NCBI RefSeq assembly: GCF_041320195.1
Contig: NZ_CP100994.1
From: Escherichia coli
Lineage (GTDB): Bacteria; Pseudomonadota; Gammaproteobacteria; Enterobacterales; Enterobacteriaceae
Strand: one strand, 5' to 3'
DNA length: 32,000 bases
Shown: one piece after another, positions 10,591 through 18,179 of the stretch
How the letters are laid out: each line of letters starts with the position of its first letter
Position numbering within the stretch: position 1 is the first letter of the stretch
Translations under genes and position numbers: made by a program
Notes under the pieces: model-generated
What the model was told of the DNA's origin: nothing
Seen by the model: only the letters and a program-made list of their open reading frames with translations
The model's database searches: none

Positions 10591-10657
10591 CGCGGAAGTG
10601 GTGACGGTGTAACTCTTTCTCTTAAATTGACGATTAATCCGTCAGTTGAATGCAAAT

Positions 10658-10698
10658 TCAGATAAAGAACCAGGAGCAGTGTGATCACTGCCCCTGGT
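10658..10698 (-). terminator. hxpB intrinsic terminator
   Basis: A 13-bp stem (ACCAGGAGCAGTG / CACTGCCCCTGGT, one mismatch) with a 4-nt loop. On the minus strand it is followed by ttctttatctg. Confidence 0.7.
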
Positions 10699-10700
10699 CA

Positions 10701-11369
10701 TTAACCGAGAAGGTCTTTTGCGGTGAGTTCTGTCAGCGATGAGAGTTTGACGTTTGCTAATACAAAACGTGGATCATTTTGCGCTTCTGGCGCAGGAACG
10801 ACGATGGAACGCATGCGGGCTGCTTTAGAAGCGATCATGCCATTTACCGAGTCTTCCAACGCCACGCAGGTCAGTGGGTCAACGCCCAGTTTTGCTGCGC
10901 AGTCGAGATATACTTGCGGATGCGGCTTGCTGTAAGGCAGTTTTTCAGCCGAGGCGAGGGCATCGAAACTGTCGCGTAAGTCAAACATGGTCAACACTTT
11001 TTCCAGCATATGTAGTGGTGACGCGGAGGCCAGTCCCACTAATAAACCTTGTTTTTTGCATAACGCAACGGCTTCACGCACGCCTGGTAATAATGGACGT
11101 GTCTCTTCAACCAGTGAAATGGCACGGGCAATAACCCGTTCTACTACTTCCTGACGGCTTGGCCCATTCCACGGTTGCCGGGCGTACCAAAGATCGACCA
11201 CCATATCGATGCGTAAACCTAAGGTATCCGGCAGCTCGTTACGACGGGAGATATCCACCCCCAGGCTTGCCATCACATCCAGTTCGGCTCGATCCCATAA
11301 AGGTTCTGAGTCGATAAGTAATCCATCCATATCAAAAATTGCAGCAAGAATCTGACGCGGGGTTGACAT
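10701..11369 (-). CDS. hxpB: Hexitol phosphatase B / 2-deoxyglucose-6-phosphate phosphatase, HAD superfamily (222 aa)
   Basis: MSTPRQILAAIFDMDGLLIDSEPLW… carries the HAD DxDG motif I and is recognised as YniC/HxpB. Confidence 0.95.
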   Translation of the reverse strand: MSTPRQILAAIFDMDGLLIDSEPLWDRAELDVMASLGVDISRRNELPDTLGLRIDMVVDLWYARQPWNGPSRQEVVERVIARAISLVEETRPLLPGVREAVALCKKQGLLVGLASASPLHMLEKVLTMFDLRDSFDALASAEKLPYSKPHPQVYLDCAAKLGVDPLTCVALEDSVNGMIASKAARMRSIVVPAPEAQNDPRFVLANVKLSSLTELTAKDLLG

Positions 11370-11515
11370 TACAACCTCTCCTTTAGAGCATTATGTGTAA
11401 GGTATTAAGCCGTGCTTATGATTAAGCGCCTATCATATCGCCTTTAAAGAATGGGCGAAAACAGATATCTACAGGTAAACTAAGTGAAACGACGCGTCTT
11501 AATCAAGGAGAACTC

Positions 11516-12052
11516 ATGACGTATCAACAAGCTGGACGCATTGCTGTTTTGAAAAGGATTTTGGGTTGGGTGATTTTTATACCTGCATTGATCTCTACAT
11601 TGATTTCTTTGCTGAAATTTATGAATACCCGACAGGAAAACCAGGAAGGCATTAATGCGGTCATGCTCGACTTTACTCATGTCATGATCGGTATGATGCA
11701 GGCGAATACGCCTTTTTTGAATCTGTTCTGGTATAACTCCCCGACGCCTAATTTTAATGGTGGCGTGAACGTTATGTTCTGGGTGATTTTCATCCTGATC
11801 TTTGTCGGACTGGCGTTGCAGGATTCCGGTGCCCGGATGAGTCGCCAGGCGCGCTTCTTGCGGGAAGGTGTTGAAGATCAACTCATTCTGGAAAAAGCCA
11901 AAGGGGAAGAGGGGCTAACGCGTGAACAAATTGAGTCACGTATTGTTGTTCCGCACCATACTATTTTCCTGCAGTTTTTCTCACTGTATATCCTGCCGGT
12001 TATTTGTATTGCTGCAGGTTATGTGTTCTTTTCTCTGCTTGGGTTTATTTAA
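11516..12052 (+). CDS. yniB: Inner-membrane protein YniB (178 aa)
   Basis: MTYQQAGRIAVLKRILGWVIFIPALISTLISLLKF… is preceded by AAGGAGAA and is recognised as YniB. Confidence 0.9.
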   Translation: MTYQQAGRIAVLKRILGWVIFIPALISTLISLLKFMNTRQENQEGINAVMLDFTHVMIGMMQANTPFLNLFWYNSPTPNFNGGVNVMFWVIFILIFVGLALQDSGARMSRQARFLREGVEDQLILEKAKGEEGLTREQIESRIVVPHHTIFLQFFSLYILPVICIAAGYVFFSLLGFI

Positions 12053-12054
12053 TC

Positions 12055-12083
12055 AAAAGGCCGCACAGAGCGGCCATTATCTT
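12055..12083. terminator. Bidirectional terminator between the convergent genes yniB and yniA
   Basis: aaaaGGCCGC-acaga-GCGGCCattatctt: a perfect GC stem with an A-run on one side and a T-rich tract on the other. Confidence 0.7.
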
Positions 12084-12092
12084 CAACCCCTA

Positions 12093-12953
12093 TCATGCTG
12101 CTAATAATCTATCCAGTGACTGCTGAGCAATAACCAAATGCTGACCGCCAAATAACCTTGCACGATTTAACAGCGTGTAGAGTTGGTAAACCGGTTGACG
12201 TTCAAGGAAATCGGCAGGTAGCGGGGATACTGACTGATAACCGTCATAGATTTGTGGCGGCTGTTCAGTATGCAGCGGTAACATCGCCAGGTCGCACTCT
12301 CGGTCACCCCAGTAGCAGGCCGGGTCGAAAATGTACGGGCCATCCGGACCCAGCGCACAGTTGCCGGACCATAAATCGCCGTGCAACAGAGAAGGCTGCG
12401 GTTGATGCGAGGCCAGACGCTGCTGAATATGCTCGACGATGGCATCGATATTGCCGAAAGCGATCCCTTTCTCTGCTGCCAGTTCCAACTGCCAGCCAAT
12501 CCGTTGTTCAGCAAAAAACGTTGACCAGCGACGTTGCCAGGTGTTGGGCTGTGGAGTTGTGGAGAGCGAGTTATCAAAATCGAGGCCAAATTGTGGTTGG
12601 TCACTCCATTGATGTAAACGCGCAATTTGCTGACCAAGAATAAATGCGCTATGCGCATCCAGCGGACGAGGTGGGAGATAATCCATCACCAGAAAACTGT
12701 AGTCACGGTCAGCGCCTACTGCCCAAACCTTAGGCACGGTGACGGTTTTACTACGCGACAGTAACTCCAGTTGGTCAGCTTCGGCGGTAAAACCGGGAAG
12801 CAGTTCCCTTTCATCACATTTGACGAAAAAGTCATGTCCTGCATAGCGCAAATGCCATGCGGCATGGACTTCTCCGCCAGGCAGTTCATTACGCAGTTCG
12901 ATTTCGCCTTCACCTAACTGCTCGCTCAAAAGACGACTGATTGCCTGCCACAT
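12093..12953 (-). CDS. yniA: Fructosamine/ketosamine-3-kinase family protein YniA (286 aa)
   Basis: MWQAISRLLSEQLGEGEIELRNELPGGEVHAAWHLRYAGHDFFVKCD…LLHGDLWSGN… shows a kinase-like HGDLW catalytic loop and is recognised as YniA. Confidence 0.93.
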   Translation of the reverse strand: MWQAISRLLSEQLGEGEIELRNELPGGEVHAAWHLRYAGHDFFVKCDERELLPGFTAEADQLELLSRSKTVTVPKVWAVGADRDYSFLVMDYLPPRPLDAHSAFILGQQIARLHQWSDQPQFGLDFDNSLSTTPQPNTWQRRWSTFFAEQRIGWQLELAAEKGIAFGNIDAIVEHIQQRLASHQPQPSLLHGDLWSGNCALGPDGPYIFDPACYWGDRECDLAMLPLHTEQPPQIYDGYQSVSPLPADFLERQPVYQLYTLLNRARLFGGQHLVIAQQSLDRLLAA

Positions 12954-13058
12954 GATGTCTCTCCCATGTTGTCTGCCAGATCATAAGGTTAGCGCAAGAA
13001 TGCGGTGTAAAAACACGAGCTAACGCACACCACAGACTGATTATTGCCCAAAAACCAT

Positions 13059-13349
13059 TTATTTTCTGTTGCTATTCCATTCCTCCCAGGTCGTGATGGT
13101 GATTTCAGGATCTTTGCCGGTTGCACTTTGGGTAAGCCCCGAAACCAGTTCTCTAATTTCTTCTTCACTTTGGGTACTGATAAGTCCAAAAGTGTTAGTC
13201 CCCAGCTCATGGATATTTCCCTCATCATCCGTCATGGTGAGCAAAAAACCGTCGCGAGTCAGGTAATTATTCAACTCGTTAATTTCAGTCAATGTATCCT
13301 CATGCAACATGACGGTTATGACATAACGGACAAGATCGCCACTGGCCAT
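13059..13349 (-). CDS. ydiZ: Uncharacterised small protein YdiZ (96 aa)
   Basis: MASGDLVRYVITVMLHEDTLTEINELNNYLTRDGFLLTMTDDEGNIHELG… is recognised as YdiZ, with AAAGGGGTGAA upstream. Confidence 0.88.
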   Translation of the reverse strand: MASGDLVRYVITVMLHEDTLTEINELNNYLTRDGFLLTMTDDEGNIHELGTNTFGLISTQSEEEIRELVSGLTQSATGKDPEITITTWEEWNSNRK

Positions 13350-13420
13350 AGTTCACCCCTTTGTTATCACATGACTTTTGAGCATAGTCGGAGAAACGCG
13401 TTGCCGACAGGTTGGTGATG

Positions 13421-13451
13421 ATTCCCCCAATGCTGGGGGAATGTTTTTGTT
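13421..13451 (+). terminator. Perfect 9-bp hairpin plus T5 tract, oriented on the plus strand (antisense to pfkB/ydiZ)
   Basis: ATTCCCCCA-atgc-TGGGGGAAT is followed by gtttttgtt on the plus strand. On the minus strand (the pfkB sense) the hairpin is preceded by AAAAA and followed by catcacc, with no U-tract. Confidence 0.45.
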
Positions 13452-14379
13452 AGCGGGAAAGGTAAGCGTAAATTTTTTGCGTATCGTCATGGGAGCACAG
13501 ACGTGTACCCTGATTGAGTGTGGCTGCACTCCCCGCAGCTACGCCAAAACGAACCATCTCTTCAAGAGAGGCATTTTCTGCCAGTTTCAGTGTCATCGCG
13601 CCGACCATGCTGTCACCAGCGCCAACGGTACTCTGGCTTTTCACCGGTGGTGGCACCACCTGAATGCAGTTTTCACTATCAACACCCAGCGCTCCTTGTG
13701 GACCCAGGGAAACGACAACCCGTTTGGCCTTGCCGCTATTAACGATTTCCTGCGCGGCTTTGCGGACATCGTCTGGCTGGGTGAGTTCGCGATTCACCAG
13801 CGCACTGAGTTCTTTTTGGTTAGGCTTAACCAACTCGATGTTACCAATCGCCAGTGCTGCACTTAACGCTTCGCCAGAACTGTCGATGATGCAGCGGATC
13901 CCTTGGTTTTGCGCAGCGGAAATCAGTTGGGTTAATTTTTCCAGCTTCACACCTGGCGGCAGGCTTCCGCTTATGACCAGGATGGCCCCGGATTCAATTT
14001 CCAGAACTTGCTCTTCAAGCTGGCGAAACTCATCTTCATTTAATGCCGCGCCTGGCATAACAAAACGATACTGCTCACCGCTTGCTTCCACATGTACGTG
14101 TAAATTCTGCCGGGTCCAGTCTTTGGCTTCTACAGTAGCGACGGGGACATTTTCATCCGCCAACAGTGAAACCAGGTGTTCGCCGGTCGCGCCACCCGCC
14201 GGGAAGATCGCTGTGGCACTGCCTCCAAGATGGGCAATGGCGCGGGCGACGTTGATGCCGCCGCCCCCGGGTTCGAACACCGGTGCGGTACAGCGCAGTT
14301 TTCCTTCGGGATAAATTTGCGGGGTAATTGTTGCGCTATCGAGAGAGGGCGCAAGTGTCAACGTATAGATACGTACCAT
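13450..14379 (-). CDS. pfkB: 6-phosphofructokinase II (PfkB/ribokinase family, 309 aa)
   Basis: MVRIYTLTLAPSLDSATITPQIYPEGKLRC…GAGDSMVGAM… is recognised as PfkB. AGGAGG lies 5 nt before the second ATG, which was chosen as the start. Confidence 0.95.
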   Translation of the reverse strand: MVRIYTLTLAPSLDSATITPQIYPEGKLRCTAPVFEPGGGGINVARAIAHLGGSATAIFPAGGATGEHLVSLLADENVPVATVEAKDWTRQNLHVHVEASGEQYRFVMPGAALNEDEFRQLEEQVLEIESGAILVISGSLPPGVKLEKLTQLISAAQNQGIRCIIDSSGEALSAALAIGNIELVKPNQKELSALVNRELTQPDDVRKAAQEIVNSGKAKRVVVSLGPQGALGVDSENCIQVVPPPVKSQSTVGAGDSMVGAMTLKLAENASLEEMVRFGVAAGSAATLNQGTRLCSHDDTQKIYAYLSR

Positions 14380-14544
14380 CATTTCCTCCTATAGGCTGAT
14401 TTCAGTCTGGCACCGAATCAGCGGAAAGTGAAGAAATTAACAATATGATTTATTGGAGCTTTATTTAAAATTTTGCAGATAAATATATATAAATAAAAAT
14501 CTGTTTTCGCCACATGCTTATTCAAAAAATGAAATAAGAATACA

Positions 14545-14573
14545 TTGCTAAGTTATTCGCGCCTTTTTATAAT
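14545..14573 (+). promoter_or_regulatory. Near-consensus sigma-70 promoter upstream of ydiY (TTGCTA-N17-TATAAT)
   Basis: -35 TTGCTA at 14545-14550, an exact 17-nt spacer, and a perfect -10 TATAAT at 14568-14573. An A/T-rich UP-like tract lies upstream. Confidence 0.6.
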
Positions 14574-14621
14574 TCGTTACCTTTCCAAGGACGCTAATCT
14601 TTGATCCTTAAGAAAGTTTCC

Positions 14622-14645
14622 GGGACCGCGATGGTCTCTTTTTTT
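14622..14645 (+). terminator. Intrinsic-terminator-like hairpin plus T7 inside the ydiY leader
   Basis: GGGACC-gcgat-GGTCTC (one G-U pair) is followed immediately by TTTTTTT at 14639-14645, 20 nt before the ydiY ATG. Confidence 0.55.
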
Positions 14646-14665
14646 GTTGTACGGACTCTTGATAA

Positions 14666-15424
14666 ATGAAGCTTTTGAAGACAGTTCCTGCCATCGTTAT
14701 GTTGGCGGGGGGCATGTTTGCGTCACTGAATGCAGCTGCCGATGATTCCGTTTTTACTGTCATGGACGATCCTGCCAGCGCTAAAAAACCTTTCGAAGGT
14801 AATCTGAACGCAGGATATCTTGCACAATCAGGCAATACGAAAAGCTCCTCACTTACGGCTGACACCACCATGACCTGGTATGGACAAACCACTGCCTGGT
14901 CGCTGTGGGGGAACGCCAGTAATACTTCTTCTAATGATGAGCGTTCTTCAGAAAAATATGCGGCGGGCGGGCGTAGCCGTTTTAATTTAACTGATTATGA
15001 CTATTTATTTGGTCAGGCAAGCTGGCTGACAGACCGTTATAACGGCTATCGAGAGCGCGATGTTTTGACCGCGGGTTATGGTCGTCAGTTTTTGAATGGC
15101 CCGGTACACAGTTTCCGCTTTGAATTCGGTCCAGGTGTGCGTTACGACAAATATACCGACAATGCCAGTGAAACCCAGCCGCTGGGCTATGCCTCCGGGG
15201 CTTATGCATGGCAGTTGACTGACAACGCTAAATTTACGCAGGGTGTTTCGGTCTTTGGCGCGGAAGACACAACGCTGAACTCCGAAAGCGCATTAAATGT
15301 TGCTATTAATGAACATTTTGGACTGAAGGTGGCTTACAACGTCACATGGAACTCTGAACCTCCAGAGTCTGCACCGGAACATACCGACCGTCGGACAACC
15401 TTATCGCTGGGCTACAGCATGTAA
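14666..15424 (+). CDS. ydiY: Outer-membrane beta-barrel protein YdiY (DUF481 family, 252 aa)
   Basis: It has a signal peptide (MKLLKTVPAIVMLAGGMFASLNAAADD), alternating beta-strand pattern and a terminal aromatic region (…TTLSLGYSM). Recognised as YdiY. Confidence 0.93.
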   Translation: MKLLKTVPAIVMLAGGMFASLNAAADDSVFTVMDDPASAKKPFEGNLNAGYLAQSGNTKSSSLTADTTMTWYGQTTAWSLWGNASNTSSNDERSSEKYAAGGRSRFNLTDYDYLFGQASWLTDRYNGYRERDVLTAGYGRQFLNGPVHSFRFEFGPGVRYDKYTDNASETQPLGYASGAYAWQLTDNAKFTQGVSVFGAEDTTLNSESALNVAINEHFGLKVAYNVTWNSEPPESAPEHTDRRTTLSLGYSM

Positions 15425-15432
15425 AATTATCT

Positions 15433-15457
15433 GCCGGACCGTGTTATGCGGTCTGGC
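15433..15457. terminator. Hairpin between the convergent genes ydiY and yniD
   Basis: GCCGGACCG-tgttatg-CGGTCTGGC (9 bp, one G-U pair) is followed by tgtcttcgtttgt on the plus strand. Confidence 0.6.
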
Positions 15458-15476
15458 TGTCTTCGTTTGTCACTGC

Positions 15477-15584
15477 TCAGCCCCAAATCATTGCTGCCCA
15501 ACGTAGCAACAACATAGCGCCACAGATTGCCAGTAGCACCACCACCATCTTCCAGTGTTTTTTATCAAAGCGTTTAGTCGGCAT
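15477..15584 (-). CDS. yniD: Small single-pass membrane protein YniD (35 aa)
   Basis: MPTKRFDKKHWKMVVVLLAICGAMLLLRWAAMIWG is recognised as YniD. The 72-codon ORF in the track is an upstream extension of the same frame. Confidence 0.8.
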   Translation of the reverse strand: MPTKRFDKKHWKMVVVLLAICGAMLLLRWAAMIWG

Positions 15585-15758
15585 ACCAGTGTCCTGCATA
15601 TCTCTTGTGCGTGATAACGGAGTGTAACAAAAGGGACAGGCATCAAGGGATTTTTTGTTATTACAGCCGTCGGGTGGCGTTGTACACCTGATCACTGTTT
15701 CTGCGTTTTATGAAAAAATAAAATTATGTATCGATATATAAATATCGTAAATAGCTGG

Positions 15759-17657
15759 TTATAAATACGTCTTTAGTTCATCAGCACTAAAACTCAGGCT
15801 TTGGCTGATTACATTTATAGCAGCATAATATGTTTCTACAGTTTTATAATGATTATGATGAATGGCTATATGAACAGCTGACATGTTGTCATGATTTTTA
15901 GCAGCCAACAGTGTAAATAACTGATGTTGACTAAAAGAATGTTTTTTTGCAAAAGCACCCAGCGTCGATATATAAGATAACACGACGTCTTCATTACCCT
16001 TGCTCATGGCGATGTATAATGCAGGGGTTCCCTGTGCTGTAGCTCCTTTTAATAAATCCATGATGTTAGCTTTGCTCAACTTGTATTTAAAGGCGATGCC
16101 ATTAATTTTAGAGAGGAACCGTGTGACACACAAAGGGTGATTGTTTTCCATTGCAGCAAATAACCCTGGTTCACCATCACGTGTTTTCATTGCTAAAATA
16201 TCCATCACCATTTTTTTGTTTAAAAGCTCTTGTGCTATTGGAGTGGTTAATGCATTCAGAAAGATATCGATTATCTCATCGAATCCATACAACATGGAGA
16301 TATAGAGTCCAGGTGTTTCGTTAGCACTTTTAGTTTGCAGTAATTTAACCAGATTATCTTCATGAATGATGTGATTATCTACCAGTGACTGAATTTCTTG
16401 CATAAATATTTTCACGTTGTCAGTATGTCCGTTCATCATAGCCAAAAATAAAGCAGGTGTACCAACGCTATTCTGCGCAGTTATTATTTCAATGATTTCT
16501 TTTTCAGGGAGTATGTGCAACTGTCTGAATAATGTAATTAGCTGTTGAGTCTGGCCTGTGGCCATTATTAACAACATTGCCGATGGATGTATAGGGGCAA
16601 ATGGCATTCGTGTCGCGATACCCGTGAAAATAGCCCCTGGAACTCCCTCAGGTAATAGGGGCAGAATAGCAATTGCACAGTTGTGAACATACCTATCAGC
16701 CCAGGTCTGAGCATCGGGACCTGAACTGATGAACTTATCAAGCGAGAGAAAGCCCCGTGCTGTCCTGTGGGTGCCTCTGACGGCAACGTTGGTATCGTTC
16801 GGGTCGTAAACGGACACAACATAATTTAATTGCCCATACGCCGACTGTTTTATTCGTAGCCTTACTGACAAAGTATGATTGTCTATATATAAAATCGCGG
16901 ACATATGACTGACATTGTTTGCCATCATTCGACAGAAGAAAATATCTAAAGCGAAGCCAAAATCCTTACTCGCGATAACGCGACTCCCTGCAGGAGGATG
17001 GCGAAGTAAGGCTCTGAACTCCGCGTCCCGGACTAAGGGGACATGCTGTTGTATGGATTCAACGGAGGAGTAATGTTTAATCAGGTTGACTTTGCCTTCT
17101 CCATTTCCCAGTGAATCAAGGGCGTATTGCAATGACAGATGGCGACAAAAAATAGCGTCAGAAGGAGATTGCGAAAAAAATGCACTACCATTGAGATTTA
17201 CTGTTGGTTGTATAGTTTTTTCTCTATGGATTTTTTTAGACAGTTTCATACAATGGTTACGATCTTCGGCAGTTAACTGTTCCTGTTCAATATAATCCAG
17301 TATGCTTCGCAAATGGTTAGCTTTAATAGGCGTGGTTTCCAGTAATAAGGAAATGATTTCTTTTTTATAGTGTAATGTAATGAGTATATTTTCTGCATGG
17401 ATGGGTGAAGTGGCAAAGTTAATGGTAAAAAGGTCAGTGGAATAACAATTTTGTGATATTTCTCGACAGTTTGCGGTAAATTCCTGAGTAACACAGTATG
17501 ACAGCATCGAACTTAAGTCAGAGGTATCAAGTAGGGTGATGAGTTGGCGCGCAAATTGATTAATAGGCTCTGATGAAGGCGTTGGTATGTCGCTATCGAT
17601 GTGCAATCTATGAGGAGACTTATAATGAGTTCTGATAATGATATCGTTTTGACTCAT
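15759..17657 (-). CDS. arpB: Ankyrin-repeat protein ArpB, intact 632-aa form (annotated as a pseudogene in K-12); N-terminal putative Cys-His-Asp protease-like domain plus five C-terminal ANK-like repeats
   Basis: A single uninterrupted ORF. The C-terminal ~235 aa contain five repeats of the type (G)TP(A/G)L(F/Y)xAMxxG(H/N)xxxVxxF with a period of about 48 aa. The gene is visibly AT-rich. The position between yniD and thrS matches arpB. Confidence 0.85.
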   Translation of the reverse strand: MSQNDIIIRTHYKSPHRLHIDSDIPTPSSEPINQFARQLITLLDTSDLSSMLSYCVTQEFTANCREISQNCYSTDLFTINFATSPIHAENILITLHYKKEIISLLLETTPIKANHLRSILDYIEQEQLTAEDRNHCMKLSKKIHREKTIQPTVNLNGSAFFSQSPSDAIFCRHLSLQYALDSLGNGEGKVNLIKHYSSVESIQQHVPLVRDAEFRALLRHPPAGSRVIASKDFGFALDIFFCRMMANNVSHMSAILYIDNHTLSVRLRIKQSAYGQLNYVVSVYDPNDTNVAVRGTHRTARGFLSLDKFISSGPDAQTWADRYVHNCAIAILPLLPEGVPGAIFTGIATRMPFAPIHPSAMLLIMATGQTQQLITLFRQLHILPEKEIIEIITAQNSVGTPALFLAMMNGHTDNVKIFMQEIQSLVDNHIIHEDNLVKLLQTKSANETPGLYISMLYGFDEIIDIFLNALTTPIAQELLNKKMVMDILAMKTRDGEPGLFAAMENNHPLCVTRFLSKINGIAFKYKLSKANIMDLLKGATAQGTPALYIAMSKGNEDVVLSYISTLGAFAKKHSFSQHQLFTLLAAKNHDNMSAVHIAIHHNHYKTVETYYAAINVISQSLSFSADELKTYL

Positions 17658-18063
17658 AATCTATTCGCCTTATATATGTCTGGAGGTTTTGAGGATGATG
17701 ATTAATTATTATCGCCAGAACGAAATGTGCACGAAAAATTGCTATAAGAATTGTGTCACTTTTATCATTGTGGTATGACCAGTTCGTCATTAATCTCATG
17801 ATCGTTTAAATACTACCGCCAAATCATGCAACGAACTTTGCTGGATTCAATTTATGCTGCTGTAAATCCGCTCGCAGTAAACCTTTCAGACGCTCCGTGA
17901 TGTTATCAGTGATTCTTTAAGCGTTTTGCTGGTGTACTCACTACAAACGAATTGCGAATCGAATCAATGTGAAACGGAAAGGTACAATCTCCCTTTTTTT
18001 AGTGTTAACATCGCTCAACCGGGTGGAAGGTGAGAGGTTAATGTCTTTCATTTGTGTACCTGA

Positions 18064-18179
18064 TTGCGAACCAATTTAGCATTTGTTGGCTAGATGGTTT
18101 CGCAATGAACTGTTAATAAACAAATTTTTCTTTGTATGTGATCTTTCGTGTGGGTCACCACTGCAAATAAGGATATAAA
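18064..18179 (+). promoter_or_regulatory. thrS translational operator (tRNA-Thr anticodon-arm mimics, domains 4 to 1)
   Basis: Domain 4 is the long stem TTGCGAACCA…TGGTTTCGCAA (18064-18105). Domain 2 is the hairpin GTGATC-tttCGTgtg-GGTCAC (18138-18158), with a CGU anticodon-like triplet at -33..-31. This is followed by the SD AAGGA and the ATG, matching the well-studied ThrRS autoregulatory operator. Confidence 0.85.

Noticed and set aside
17800-17900. A 24-codon ORF (MQRTLLDSIYAAVNPLAVNLSDAP) in the arpB-thrS spacer
   Set aside because: It has no Shine-Dalgarno and no promoter-like signal. It is possibly a relic of degraded coding sequence, and the support is insufficient.
17940-18063. Exact thrS promoter hexamers
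   Set aside because: Candidates are TACAAT at 17983-17988 and TAACAT at 18006-18011. Neither has a convincing -35 at proper spacing, and I cannot fix the TSS from sequence alone, so no promoter feature is reported.
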